This document shows positions 25,203 to 39,563 of a stretch of 64,000 bases of DNA, piece after piece. Under the pieces are notes generated by a model. The model was given only the letters and a program-made list of their open reading frames with translations, did not search any database and was not told where the DNA came from. This DNA comes from Haplodiscus bocki (taxonomy: Eukaryota), in assembly GCA_965655095.1 (NCBI GenBank), contig OZ296649.1:27156001-27220000 (forward strand), written 5' to 3'. Position numbers and translations under genes: made by a program. Each line of letters opens with the position of its first letter. The first letter of the stretch is position 1.

Positions 25203-25384
25203 ACAACTGGAGCGGGAGACCCAGCAAGAGCGGCTACTGAAGTGATTACGTCAGCATCAGATAACAAACAGCAGACTAAGGTGTCTCCACACCCACCAAA
25301 TCTTCTCCGTGCTGCTCCTCCCACTCACGATAGCACCTCTTCTGCGGCTGCGTTGACTCCAGAACAAGAGGCTGCTTTCAAAAG
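25203..25384 (+). CDS. KIF17: Kinesin-2 (KIF17/OSM-3-like) stalk exon
   Basis: ctttcag acceptor, GT donor; TTGAGDPA...TPEQEAAFK; the phase-2 end AG joins the A of exon 35472 to give R-LQELE, paralleling KIF17 QQQVLARLQLLEQ. Confidence 0.75.
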
Positions 25385-26599
25385 GTGCGCAGACCATTGT
25401 CATCCTTTCATTATTTCTGCCCATATTCATTCAATATTCAGGTTTTTTATCATATTATTTGCCAATTGCACGATTCATTTTATGTGCACCGCGACTTCGT
25501 GGAGAATGTTTGGCATAGGGGTAAATGCCTTGTGTTTGTCTTTGGTACCACAAAGGTTGAGTGTTCTGCTCAGGATGAACTAAATATTTTCCAAATTTCA
25601 CGATCAAAAAATTCACGTTCAATTCAAAAAGCATTATATCTGGTCAAAAGTTTAGGGTCTTTTCAATACGGACATTTTCGGGTTTATGTCAATTCTTTTA
25701 TAAATGGGAAAACGTACCAATTTTTTCACATTTGATTATAAACGGCGGTTTTCCGCAGAAAAATGTTTTTCAAAAGGACATATAGTTTTATTCTATGCAG
25801 AATTCTGCCAGAAATTTGGAGAAAAATCGAAAAAGTTATTCAAGATGCACTTTCTTTAGTGTTTTCAACGATTTGTTCAAGAAAATGTGTGTGGCGGAAT
25901 TCTTCGCGGAGTTAGCCGGGCGTCTTGTTTATTATCAAAGTGTCCGTGAAAATTGAAAGGCAGCTGGTTCGTGGTAATATCACATTGGTTCCTTATACTT
26001 GTTTTGGTGGCTCAGCTTTCTGAAACACGCCGAGAACCACCGGCGTTGCCCCTGAGAGTTGACGTGGGCAAGTAAAGAGTGAGCGTAACACGGGAACTGA
26101 TTGAGAATTTTGGACCTTCCGGCTGTGCTTTAAAATCGATCTGATTTGTATTTTTTTTACATTAACTGAGTTTCTCTAGGAATGTTTTGGAAGTTTTTTT
26201 CGTCTCAGTGAATAAAAAGTATTGGTGTTTGGAAAAGGAAGCTTTTATAGCCTTATCTAGCGTTAGCGTTTGCCTTTTTTGTGATACCCCAACATGTTGC
26301 GATTACCCGGATGTTTTCAAAAATCAGATTATCAAGTATTATCGTGTTTCAGCCTCTTTAGCGTTTTTCAAAAGTTATTCGAAAATGTGCATGACAAAAA
26401 TTTTCGTGATTGCCCCTTTGCAAATTCCAAAAAACTCTGAAAGGCAAATAACAAAGTTATTCTATTGTTTGGTTTTCCAGGTAATGTATAGAATTCTAAA
26501 AGGTCCCTCTGCGGAAATGTTTGATTCTGTCAAAACTTTAGTCAAACAATTCTGATGCTCTACTCGATTATTTTCCCCGCGAAATGCGAAAATATTGAA

Positions 26600-29500
26600 A
26601 TTTTGATTTCTACCGGCCGTGCTTACTTAGGCCGTTCCCGGTTTGTTAGACTGGAAGAGAGCTGATTATGATCGGCGTTTCTTTTTTTGTCTGGCCGTTG
26701 CCAACTCGCATTAATCAATTATCATTGGCTTGCTTGTAGTGTTGCTATCTGTTCCTTTCAACTACTTTTTACACATGCTGAATTGAAATTTTAGAATGTA
26801 TTTCAAAACAGGTACGCGGTTTCTTTCCAAGAAATTGATCTTGGTGACGTCATTAGACAGTCTAGTGGTCTAGTGTAAGCGGTCAAAAAGGAACTTTTTG
26901 AGACACTTCGCAGGTACTTCTTGTTTTCGGGTTCCAAAATTTGCATGTATCTTGAACATTCGTCTGTAAAAATAAGCAACGCTAAAAAGCATGATTAATT
27001 GATCAAGTTTTTCAGTGTGAGATCATGTGGCAGGTACTTGTGTCTACTAGGTGACAAAAATGGGTGGTAGTAAACAAACAGGTGAAACTGCTTTCAAGTG
27101 ACCCATCTTGTCTGTCAATTGTTAAGGTGGTAAACCGTTACCTTATTAGGGTCGACCGGCATTTTTATCGTCATGATCACAACTCGCGCAAATTGAGTCG
27201 GATCAACTCTGCTTCCAGCTGTCAAATTAGGTGCATTTCGGGGTAATGTTTGATAACGATGACCATCTGCTCTCATCCGGGTTTAAATCCCGTCTCGGTC
27301 GTTTTTGTTTCTTCGGAATTTTTCAACTTTGTCATATTCGGAAATGAATTAAAATTCCGATTAATAAAAAAGAACTATGATTTTTGGCAAAATTTTCTAG
27401 TATTTTTGCTACCAAGTTTAGTTTTGATCAAAGGATTCGAAATTACCAACGTATTATACTCGAGTTTTCGAAGGTAAATGCAAAAGATTGTGTTTCGAAT
27501 GTGCAAACTATTTATCAAATTTGCTGTATCAATTGTTTGCTCTTTTGAATCATTGTTTTCACTACGCTGCCAGCATAAATTATTTCCAAACGTCAATTTT
27601 TGAGAATTTTCCCAAATCTTTGAGAATTTTTGGCGAAAAAAAATTGACTTGACTTTTAGAAAGTTCCGTTGTTCTAGAGGAACGAGATAGAGATGGTCCT
27701 ATTTTTTGTGCCGCAGACTGCTTGTAGCGTTTTGCATGACGCCTTAATCGATGAAAGCACAAAATTTTATTTTCTCAAGCAATTTTTGGCGCAGCATTTT
27801 CCATCACTTTTGTGGTTGTTACCGTTTTTCTGGTAAAATCTCTGATATTTGCTTGCATCACTCTAGTTTTAGCCTTGAAATAGCCACTCAGTCGTATTCA
27901 ACCAGGCTTGAGAAAATTTGGCTCGCAAAAATTTTCCGTTATCGATTTTTTAACACAACTTTGTTTTAGAAGTCAAGTTGCCGTTTTCTAGAAGTTGCAG
28001 GGATTTCTAGAATTGTTCAATACTGAAGACTAATATCTTTTCTCGTTTGCGGATTTTCAGTTCTCTGGGCTTGTAATTCTGCTTCTAAGCTACGAGTCCG
28101 TTAAAACAATGGGTGGACATTCTTCTGAAAATGCATTAGAATTGCTAGAAAAGTTGTGTCTGGCATGTTTCATGTGAGAACGATTGCTAATATTGCTATC
28201 TTTGCATATTTGATCCTCTTTGTCTTCCAAATTAACTTCCAGCCTAAATTGGAAAAAAGATTCTGCCCTCTGAGCCTGCGTTTTTCTACAATTGAGTCAG
28301 ATAGAGCAAGAGCACATATGCTATTGATCTGATTCAGTTTTCAAGCGCCGTTCTTGTAAAAGATGTACTTTGTTGACCAAAACTGTGCTCACGCGCACTT
28401 CAGGTTGCGTATGTCTAGTTTGGTTTCCGACGATGGACTATAAATCTCTTGACGTAAAAAAACGCAAATTCCTCGAATAATCAGTGTTGCTGTTTTTCTT
28501 GAAATAACTCTGGGATATTGTTTAGAATCCCACAGATAACTTTTTTGAGACAATTTCAGTCAGTAATAATATCGCTCAGATGTTTTCGTTAAATGTCTGT
28601 TTTTTTCTATAGGTTTTCCCTGTACTTATGGTTAGTGGTGTTCCTAATCTTAAGAATACTTGAGGAATTTGTTTTGCTACGTCTCTGTGTGAGACTTGCG
28701 ACCAGCAAGTGCTTTGGAAGAGGATCAATAACGATTTTTCCCGTTCAATTAAAAACTTGCATCGGCTGCTTAGCTGTCCGAAAATTTGTTAGCTATAATA
28801 AGCCGTAAAATTGAACTGGCTTGCTTGCTCAGCTTGTTTTGCTTTGGTAACGCGGCGAATAAATTGAAGGAAGTTTATAAACCAGGGAGTAAACTTTCAA
28901 AATCTTATAGTTGGATAATTCTACTATTGTCTAATTGCCTGATGTTCTACAGTAATCTTCCACTGTCGACTCAATCACCCGCAATATGGAAAGTCTCCGC
29001 AGTACCAGAGATGTCCAATATGGAAAGTGTCCGCAGTACCAGAGATATCCTTTTCCATACTTTTTTTTGAGGTATCTGGCCTTGTGGATTAAAATTCGGA
29101 ATCTTTCTGATTTTGTCTTTTTAAACCTTCAGGAGGAAAAGATGTATATGCATTGAAACTAGCTCACGCTTATTTTTTTTGGCAAAGCTGCCTTTTTGAC
29201 GTCATCAGAAATTCAAGTTATTTAGTGTAAACGGTCAAAAACGGCATCTTTTTTGGAGGTTACTTCTTTTTCGTGTTGCTCACTGCAAACTTTGTAAGCA
29301 CTGGCCACGAAACTAGTTGAACCTTCAAAAATTGCCTGGTGATATTGAAGTTTTTGGAATACGAGACCTTGTGGGTGGTACTTGTTCATTTCGGCGTTGT
29401 TTGATGTGCAGGTATTGTAATCATTGGTCACTATAATGGCGTAACCTTCGAAGACATGAGTGACATATCTTTTTTGAATATGCGAAATGGTGAGTCCCTT

Positions 29501-32500
29501 CTCTTTTTTCGCGTTTTCTCGAGCGGAAACTTCGTGAAGATTGGGGAGCGGAATGGTGTAACATGAAAAAACATGATCTACTTGTCAAGTTTTCTTGTGA
29601 GACGCTCTGACAGGCATTTGTCGCAATTGGACGTTTTTGAACAAACTATCTATTTCACTTGTGTCTTGGGACTGTTGGTGGCGAAGTTCAGCTAGGCCTC
29701 TGTGCTTCAAATTTGCTTTTTGAAACAGTACAATACGTGCTACTATCATTCATTGCTTTTTCGAATACCCTAAAAAATGGGGATCTGCTGCCTGCCAGGA
29801 GTGCTTTGTTTCAAACTTTCCACGCGAGGTATCTAATTTGGAACTCGAAAGTTTTTTACTTGCGCTTTTTTCAAGTTTTTTCGTATGCTACTTGTCAGAT
29901 TGCAGGTACTCACTTCTCATTCGAAAAGCTTCGAAATCAAGTGTTAGTCAAGAAGTCAGGTCGCTCCGCTTCACTCTTTTTGCGAAAAAAACTTGTAATT
30001 TAAAAAAAAACATATTTGCGGGTTTTTCGAAATGTTTTCTCGCTGACTACTGGTTGCATTGAGGCACTCCGGTGCTCATTCAAACGTCCACCATTTAGAG
30101 ATTGTGCAAAGTACCATGGGCATTCTGTTTCTTTGCTTTCACTCAAAATTGTTAGACGTGTAATTTGTAACTCGACATTGTTTTACTTTCTTCTTTTCGC
30201 AAATTTGTTTTTCTCGTAGACTGAGAATTGTATTGCGGCCATCCAGTGCTCGTTCTAAATGCTCCAATATGGAGAATTTGCGAAAGAGCGAGAGATTTCG
30301 GTTCCGTGCGTTTTTGATTCTTTGACGTGTCGTTCGAATGTTTTCGTGTTTTTTCTCGGTGTTTTTGAAAGCAACTTTTGCGACTATCCACACTTAACCT
30401 GAGTCATGATAAAATGAATTGTATTTCCTGTGATGTTTGGCACCAACAGAAGCTTCACAAGTCAACTGACCAATCAGTCGATGCATTTCTTCATCTTTGG
30501 CGCTGTGCATGCGTGGCACAGCTTCGCCTTTGCGTCAGAATCGATAACTCCAGATCTCATGAAACTATCTCAGTGGCGTGAACGTTTTAGTTGCAGATAT
30601 TTGAAATTTTCAAGACTTATGTTAACAAATTACTGCATTTTTTACTTCAGTTTTTGAACCAAACTTCATATTTCTGATTGACACACCTGAAGGAAGAACT
30701 TTCTGAAGCTTTTTCACTCGTTTTTTGCTAAAATCATCGTTTTTGAGATCTTCATCTTCACTACATGTCTCTTCGTTTAGTATGTGTCACCAAGTGTTCG
30801 TTTTTGAGCAAGTGCTTGATTGACTGTTGTTCTCAGCATTCTTGAAGTCTTTAACGTCCGTGATCGTGGTATCAAATAACTATCAGGATTTGTTTTTCGA
30901 AAGTCGTGGATTTGGATGGTTCGGCTTTACTGGCCTGTTTCCGCTTCGCCTCTATGAATGTGTCTCATCATTTTACAGTCTTCTATCGGGGAACCTAGGT
31001 TTTAAAATGGCCCGAATGTTGCAAATTCAAAACAGGAGGACCTCAGTATATTACTCAGAAGTTTTCATTTGCAGTCAATTTTATTTTCGATTGTCTTTTT
31101 AACATGGTAGTTGCTTAGACTTACTTACTCATCCCTTAGACTTACAACTTGAAAAAGCTGCATCTACTGATGGCCCTATTTTCGGAAAGGTGGAGCAATA
31201 AGACGTTAGGATGTAACAAAATGAATCTGTTTTTTGGGCTTCTGTATCCGTGACCGATTGGTTTTTGGCCGAAATTTGTTTTCGAAATTTCTGCAATTCA
31301 ACTTCGGATTACCGAAGTCTAAGGTTTTCGAATTTGTGATAACCATGCTGACCTTTTTCAAACACTTGTATTTTCTGAATTTTAATAGAATAGTAATTTC
31401 GCAAAATAGTTCAACTAACAGTATTTTGTTCAGCCGACTCCCTTGGCTGCTCTGTAAATCATGTAGACTTCACTCTCGATTTTTCGCTGCTCAAATGTCC
31501 GCCATAAATGTCAAATTTTTTGTAGAATCTTGAGTTTGTGAACCTTTGGACTCGATTATCCGGCACTCGAACATCCGTCGTAAACGTCAAAATTGTAATG
31601 CTGCAAAGGTATGAAGTTCAGCATTCTCGTTTATCCTGTTATAAGCATCAATATGATAAACCTGAGAAACTCAGTACTGTCGATTTACCGGCACTCGATT
31701 TTGCACCATGAAGTTCAAATTTGAACAGCTGTGAATTTGTCTGAATTTTTTGTCTTCTGCATGCCGAAAGTTCTTGTGGGGGTATCTTGTTTGTGGCTAG
31801 TAGCTGATTTTTTTCGTAAGCAAGGGGTGTCGCGGAAAGTTGCGGGATTAGTTTGTCGTATATTTTTTGGTGTACGCGAAAATATCGATTTTTGTTATTG
31901 TTTTGCGGAGATTTTTCTGTTTCGTCCTGGGGATATCCCGAATGTAACTTCTCACTCAGTGCTTTTTGTTGAAAATTTTTGATGATGTGTTCATCGAGCA
32001 TTTTTGACGAAAGACCCAAATTGACTGAGAAAAACAGTAAGTTTTTCATTCATTCGCTCCGATGCCTATTTTTTGAAGATATTTCGTCAATCTTCTGTTT
32101 TATATCATAGTATCATATATTGTACATAAGAAGGTCAAAAAGACTAATTGATCACATACTTAGCGCTGAGAGGTTCTCCGAAAAAAAACTGAGGCTTGAG
32201 GCAATTTATGCCAATTCGACATTCTTTTTGCCATGTTAGGAAGTTTATGCCGCGAAATATAGGCTTTAAAACGCCCCACTCTCATTAAATGGGAGATGCT
32301 GACGACTACTACCACATATTTGTGTTTTTTGGTTTCCGAAATTTTGTAATGGGGTTTTTGAAGAACTTATTTGAAATGGAGTTTTTTTCAGCTCTTTTGT
32401 CAGTTTTTAATCTCATTGGTACTCAAAGTTTTTTGCACATGGGTCGTGCCATTCGAAAATGTTTCGTTAGATTTTTCGGGAAGTTTTCGGAATGCTAGTT

Positions 32501-34200
32501 ATGGCTTTTTTATCCGTACTTTGTCATATTGGGAACAATCTTTTGTCAACTTGGCCATCTCGGCCCCTGAAATTTGTTAGAAGCAATAAGACTTTTCTTT
32601 ACCTCGTATTGACTTTTGGGAGCCGTCCGTTATTACTTCAATGCGTGTTTGTCTTGGAAAGTCGAAAACGGAATTGTTTGGTAAATACCTCATCCTATTC
32701 GACTTACCATAACTCCAGCTATGCTGCTATCTCATATTCTCTTTGACAGCACGTCAAAAAAAGCTCGATTGGTCCTACGCTATGCTATGAATTGGATCCA
32801 AAACTTTCTGCTTGCCTTCAGGGAAAGAATTTTTAAATTAGCTTGGTTGCGACGAAATTAGTCTTTTGTTTCATATTTAAATTGTATTTAAAATGACTCC
32901 ACAGAACAGAATTCTAACGAGACTTTTAAGACCATGCAGAACTGCCAAGTTTTGTAGACAGATGTTTAAACCTCAATAAAACGTTTTAGCGCCAGCGATT
33001 ATGAGTTTCTCAGTTGAATGTTATTCCGTCACTGGTAAAACAATGAATTGTCTCCACTCTCTGCGACATGTTCAATTTTTTTTCTGATGTTTTGGCAAGG
33101 TTTTCCGAAGAGTGCCTTTGCATCTGTGTTGCACTTGCGCAAGCAAGTGTTCTGTGAGCAGGCGTACTTTTTTTTCGAATTTCGACAACTCGTAATTGCA
33201 GCTTGTCGTTTAGTGTAGTGGTGCTGCCAACTTGCTCATGCCGTGCCATTGCCTGTCAACCCAAAATTGTTCCTACTAGTACTCATCTTTTACAGAATTT
33301 GATCAAGTAGCCTTTATTTTGCATGGTTGACAGTAATTGCTCTCCGTGTTTTGAGTTTTTTATAATGGCTTCGGTCGTCAAACTAGTTTTTGCCGAGAAC
33401 TATTGACAGATGTGCAGCCATCTTATGCTTTTTCAAGCACCTGTGAGCTGGATAGGCTGTCGAGCAGCCGATTTTTCCGTACGTGATTTTTTTTCAATAT
33501 ATAATATTTTGATATAGGAAAATTGTCAAGTTTCTGCTTGCGTATTTTCTCGGACGTTTTTTCTCGGAAACTATTGAGTGGATTGCAATCCTCCAGTTCT
33601 TGTTCTCTCCATGGTTACTTGGAGGGACTGCTGAGTTGCAGAGTTTTTTGCGTCAGCGTTTTGTTGCAATTTAATTTTTTTTTGAAATGCTCTAATATAA
33701 AAGTTTTGCACTCGCAGTGCTTTTTAAACTTTTTTCCTCAAAAAATCTTGTACGAACTTCAACTATCCAGTGCTGATTGAATCTCTTTTTTTGACTGGAG
33801 AACCTGCTAAGCAGTAGGGGCTTCCTGCTTCGTATTTTCCGGTTTTTTTTTGAAATTGCAAATGTTGATGTTTTTACTCGCGTCGTTTTCTTAAGATCTC
33901 TTCGCTGAATTTTTTGACGGGAGTGCAATCATGCATTGTTTTTTTTACTAGTTATTTGGGCATTTACGTAGTTTATATATTGAGAAGTTGCTTAGTCCTA
34001 TTCCCTGCTTTTATCGATGATTTTTGGAACGAACAGGTTTGAAGAATGAAGTGTTTCCTATCTAGTTTCGCTTCATCGGAATGTTTCATTGTAATCTTCG
34101 TCATGTTTCGCACCAAGGTGTTCGAAGCACAGCTTCGCTTCTGTGTTGATATATGTTAGCGGTTTCTTATCTTCTGGTATTGTACATTGCTTCTGCATTG
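26600..34200 (-). mobile_element. Cluster of about three very decayed REL-endonuclease (R2/R4/NeSL-like) non-LTR retrotransposon copies
   Basis: RQPIQLTGA (WRPIsLt-like, 33436-33462); HVLYC..KHRGLAELRHQ (CCHC/RHN-like, about 29670-29745); TPIIISSL (about 26655-26677) and AIIVTN (about 29425-29440), both PIivsslG-like; all minus strand. Confidence 0.4.
28982..29049 (+). repeat. 34-bp tandem duplication (2 copies)
   Basis: caatatggaaagtctccgcagtaccagagatgtc / caatatggaaagtgtccgcagtaccagagatatc. Confidence 0.95.
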
Positions 34201-35471
34201 CTAAGAAAAAAAATAGGTGCGATTGTTGATATCTTTTGAAATTGGAACAGTTCGGCGTTAGTCTGCGAAAACGGAAAGTGCAACTGTGGGCCTCTTTACT
34301 TGGAAATAATGTGCTGCCTAAAAAACTGCATTGCCTATATCAAGCAAGCAGGGAACGCGCAAGTCGGCGCTGCCCGTTCAGCTCAAATTATAGAAGGGTA
34401 TAATATTAGTTTGGGATGTGGGGAGGTTGAAGGGGTGTGGTTTGTATAATGAAATGCAAAAACTGTGACGTTTTCTCGAAAAAAAATTTGGACTGGCCTA
34501 ATCGCTAACCCATTTTTTGGCTTCAAAGTCCATTAGAGCGCTGCGACCCATCAGGCCATCGTTCGTTTCAAGTTGGCACCATGTAATTCTACTAAAACAT
34601 TTGGACTATTCACCATATGGCAGTGAAAAAACGAGGCACTGTAAATTCGATTTGTTTTGTTTTCAAAGTACTTATGCAGTCGCTCGGTTTATTAATGTAA
34701 AGCGCGAACTAAAAATGTTTTCGAAAAGCAAGTTTTCAATTGGATTTGACAAATTGTTTATTTTCCGTCCTTTTTACGTAAACTTCGCAAATGCCTCCTT
34801 TGTTTTCAGACGGGACTTTAAAAAATTCCACCAAATTTGCCGCCGAATACAATTAAAATTGCATTTTTTAAGGGAAAAATGTTTTTTTTTTCCTGATGTT
34901 AGTAAAGATGTTTTTTAGCAATTTTATTGTCAAGACAACCTTAGACAAATTGGGCGTACGAGCATAAACTATCGAAAATTGAGGTTGTTGTAACCATTAT
35001 CATCTACTCCAAATTGGTCTTTCCTTTTTATTTAGCAGGAAATCCTCGGGCTTTTTGGGTGACGGAAGCTTCCTGGAATTAGTCGGGCGACTTACCAAAA
35101 CTTTCTTCATAAAGGAAGCCAACTTTTCGTCTGGTGTGCTAAATTGCCGAATTCTTCGGATTTTATCTTCTGTTTCCAATTGCCATTTCGTGCTTTCTTC
35201 TGCTTAGGATGGTTTTTGAAGTGCTGTAATTATACAACTATTCTCCATTGATGAAATTTCAGAATTCCGAATTTTTCAAAGCCGTAAAGCAAATTTTACA
35301 AAAATTCTAAAACTTTGAAACTAGAAGACAACACTGCTACTAGTATTTTGAGTGATACGGACGGCAAGAACTTGCACGAATCTCGACTTGTTAATGTAAA
35401 GTTGCACTGCAGTCATTGTGGATGATGTTTCTTTATAGGGATGTTCTGATATGGTTGTTAATGTTTTTCAG

Positions 35472-35709
35472 ATTGCAGGAATTGGAGAGAATGTTCAGCA
35501 AGAAGTTCATCCAAGGAGGAGAGAAGGCTAATAACAGTGGACTGCAAGAAAAGAGAGCACGGAGGAAGAAGCATGCAGAGGAGACAAGACGCAAAGCTCT
35601 TCGGGAAGCAGCCGAGAGTGAAAACATGGATACTGTCGTGCAAGTCTATGACAACGTTATGAACGAAATACAAGACAAAGTCAAAATGGAGGAGGGACTG
35701 CGCAAAAAG
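35472..35709 (+). CDS. KIF17: Kinesin-2 (KIF17/OSM-3-like) coiled-coil exon
   Basis: tttttcag acceptor, gtttga donor; LQELERMFSKKFIQGGEKANNSGLQEKRARRKKHAEE..VVQVYDNVMNEI, resembling KIF17 VGGEQAKNKDLKEKHKRRKRYADE..LNVYDSIQEEV. Confidence 0.92.
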
Positions 35710-35757
35710 GTTTGAAAAACTGTCTTCTCTTATTTATTAGGCATGAAGCGTGAGCTT

Positions 35758-35875
35758 TGTGGTATATGAGTCATTGTTAACATAATTATTAAACTGTTTC
35801 ATTCATACCATGAATTTTTTGCATTGTTCTTGATCCATACGTGCAATAGAGAATGAATAAGGTTGAATACTGTCA
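35758..35875 (+). repeat. Probable 5' LTR of the gypsy element (about 118 bp)
   Basis: tgtggta..gatccatacgtgcaataga.. aligns with 39564 tgtggtt..gattcatacctgcaataca.. Confidence 0.6.
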
Positions 35876-38800
35876 CTGAATTTTCCCTCGGAAATACGAA
35901 ATGAAGACAGAGACAATTTTTTGAAAAATTACCCCAATAGATCCATAACAGAAATTTTCAACTTGCCTTCCCCAGCTCTTTTTGCTGCAGCCTGGGAAAA
36001 AAGTTTTAGTTGTTTCTGAAAGATTCACATTCGGTTCCCGTGTCCAAAATTTTGTGGAAAGTATTGATGACTTGGTTGTTGCTTTGCGTCGCCTAGCACG
36101 AACGTGCGAATTTGAACTTTTTTCCTGCTTCTCTGCGAGAATAGTACGCATACGTGATCGAATATTACAAGGAAATCTTGCAAGAGAAGAATGTTTTGAA
36201 ATTGCTCAGCGTATTGAACCTGGTATCACAACATCTGCTCTACTAAAAATTTTCCGCTTGGGAGACCTTTCCTTAAGTGTAAACACGGCTCAACGCTTAA
36301 ATTTAATATGCGCAGTACAAACAAGAAAAACCCCATAGTAAATAGAATTCACGTTACTTATGCGGCTCTACCAAGCACTTTGTTAACGGTAAAGACTGTC
36401 CAATTCAGACGGGAAAATGCCGCAAACGCTGTAGACATTCCCTGCTGTAGAATAGTTCCTGCTTATTTCGAATGTTCACTTACATTAGACAACAATAAGG
36501 TGAAATTCATTGTTGTTAGTGCTGCGAAAGCATCCATTCTTTGCGAACACTTTCCCTAGACTTTTTCCTAGCAGTGTCTGCGGAAAGTAAGGAATTTCGA
36601 AATAACTGGTAACGGTGGATCTGCTATTAACTCAAAAAAGAAATGTTCTCTCACAGTTCAAGACTACTAGGCCATTCGAGCTTGAATTTCATATTGCTAA
36701 TGGAATTTCTCCCATGGGATTGAACAGGTTGGGAAAGCTGAGTTTTTCACTTTTCATCAACGATAAAGAACTCCAAAGAATTGATACAATTTGTACTGGC
36801 AGTGTTCTGTTAGTCGATCTAAACCAAATTTCAGACCAACCAACTAGGTTTCGCCAAGATTTATCCTTTTGCATCAGCTATAAATGAAACTGTTGAGGTG
36901 GTTATTGCTAGAGTTTGTACGTTCCTGTTCGCGATGAAGGAGAGCATGTGCCGCAAAAAGCTGAAAAATTGCGTAAATTGGTTGTTTGGAGCCCTGTATC
37001 AATGCTGATGTAGATTGTTTTTGGCGAAAAAAGGGAATCCGTTTTTGGTGTGAGCTCCGTGAGTTGCATTCAATAATAAGTTCGGTAACTAATGCTTGCG
37101 TTTTATCGAAAATTGATCCAACTAACGCCTAACATCAAGTACCTGTGAATGCGAAAATAGCGGTTGTTGGGATTCATCTTCCTTCCGGGTTATGAAAATT
37201 CATTGGAGCATCTTTGGGTTGAAGTACTTTCCCAATCAGTTTCCAAAAATGATGGACATTTTTCCAGCAAGACTTGCTTGTTGCTTCAGTTTCCTTGACG
37301 ATATAATCTACGGTTCCACAACTGAAGAACATGATGCTCGCCTGCATGCTGTTTAAGAACATGTTGAATCGAATTGACTCGTTGCCAACTATGAAAAATG
37401 TGAATTCTTCGAAACATCCATCGAATTGTTTGGTCTTCAACTTGGGTTAAACGAAATATCCGTATATAAAAACAACGTGTTAGCCATGAACTGAAAGTGT
37501 CTTACATTAAGCAACCTCTAGCTGGTGCTCTTGGTCTTCTTAGTCATCATCGAAAGTTTCTTCCGAGTACATTCTCAACAATAGCCGCCGAGCTCTACGC
37601 TCTTGCATAAAAACGTACAATTCACTTTCCATGAGAAACATACGCAAAATTATCGAGACATTAAGAGAATACTTGCCGACGTCAAACCTTTAGCCTTGTT
37701 TAATCCTCTAGTCGATACTATTGTTACTTGCGGTGCGATTAAATTTGGAATTGGTGGTGCATGATCTCAAAAGTAAGCAGATGGGAGCTTCAAAAATGTT
37801 GCCCTTTCCGCGACTATGAAAAAAAGTAATGTTCCTGAATCACAATTTTCAACTAGCAGATCTACCGGCGAACGATTTGAGCGTTTGGTGAGGGGCAAAC
37901 CCTTTACTTGAAAACTGAATGAAAATCACAGTTTCAGCTAATGGAAGGAGAAGTTGGTGATGGTATAGGAACACTACGGTTATCAAGATAGTCTGCACGT
38001 CATCGATGTAATTTTACCGTTTTTCACAAGTCCGCAAAAAGTAAATCTGTTCCTGATGCACTTTCTTGATTTCCGGTTGAAAACCAAGCAACAAGTTCAA
38101 ATGATGAGTTTATGGGAAGTACTCTGATCAGCGACCTCACCGCTTTCAAACAAGAAGAAGTTGGTAGTTTTTCCTGGAACGATTTCGTTCTTCGAACAAT
38201 TGGCGATTTTTTTTAACGGCTGGTTGAAATGCTTCGCCATTTTCTTCCATTTTCTTTCATCATATGAAGGATGAACTGTACGGCTAGTCTCGATATAGCT
38301 TTGTCGTTCAGTCATCGTGATACCTGAATCTGTTCGTGGCAAAGCTTTAGCGCGAGCACATGAACGATTCTTTGGTATTGTTCGCTCAAAATTTAAGCTA
38401 CCAAAAGTTGCGTGTTGGCCTCGCTGTCGTTTCGACCTCGAAGAAAATGTTGTAAACATGTTCTCCATGCTGTGCATTATACAAGGCCCAATTTGTGAGA
38501 GAAGTTCCCATCGAAAGATAGAAAGTGCGTCGAAACCTCTCCGAACGGTCAGTGTAGTTGTTAGTGGTCCCTACAACGAAGCACTTGCGAAGTTCAAGTA
38601 GATTTTTGTTGTTATGAATGATTTCTCACGATAGACTCAAGTTTTTGCATTAGTGAATGCTACAGCTACCAAAGATAACGATTATCTCAAAGATTTCTTT
38701 TCTCGTTTTGGCATTCCTGAATTGATAACATGCGACAAAAAACCTGCATTCAGGAGTAAGAGAATTTTGTAAGCAATCAAGAAAACTCAAATCCAGCACA

Positions 38801-39563
38801 GTTCACTTTTTTCTCCACGGAGCAATGGTCTGGTGGAAAAATTCAATGAGGCAATTCCAAACTTGATTCAAACCAATACTTTTGACAATCGCTAATTGTC
38901 AAAGTTTGTATTGCAATCGCACAGAATTGCCCCATGTCGGTAGCTGAGGACGTGCCCGTGTGCAGTCTTTTCAAATTTCCTCGACAGACTAAATGCCACG
39001 GACTCCTGCCCAACAACCATGCTCACAACTGAACAGCACTCCTTCCGTGAACATGTCCTCTCAGAAAGAATCATTTCAAATTAGTTGTTGGTTGATGGCT
39101 GCGGGTTAAAGATCCTAATCGGCAGAAAGGAAAACTGAATTACAAGTTCTTCTGACTGCAATAGGTTGTGCGACCGACAAGAACGACAGTGATGTAAGAA
39201 GTTGGTAGAACGTGGAGTCTGAGCAAGTAGCTCCAGCTAACTCTCCTGAAAGCAGTCAAGAAAGTGACAATGCAGTGACAATGCATTTTTCGACGATGTA
39301 AAAGCTGATCCAAATAATCGTTGAAGGACTGCTCTCAAAAAGAAGTGAGATGATATCCGCTCCGAAACAGAACCCAAAGATTGATCATGCAGGGATCTCG
39401 TTGAAAACCTGGCATGGACGACTTGTTCCAAAGCGTTTTCCCTTACTGATGGAGATATATTTCCTTTCGATGCAACTTCGTATAGCTTCGTGTTACTTGC
39501 TGTAGTCGAATAGACGAGCTATTCGGTTGATTTCCTAACTGTTTTGGCTTAAGATAGAGGGGA

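Noticed and set aside
28982-29049. 34-bp direct repeat as a CRISPR array
   Set aside because: Only two adjacent copies, no spacer, no cas genes, eukaryotic context
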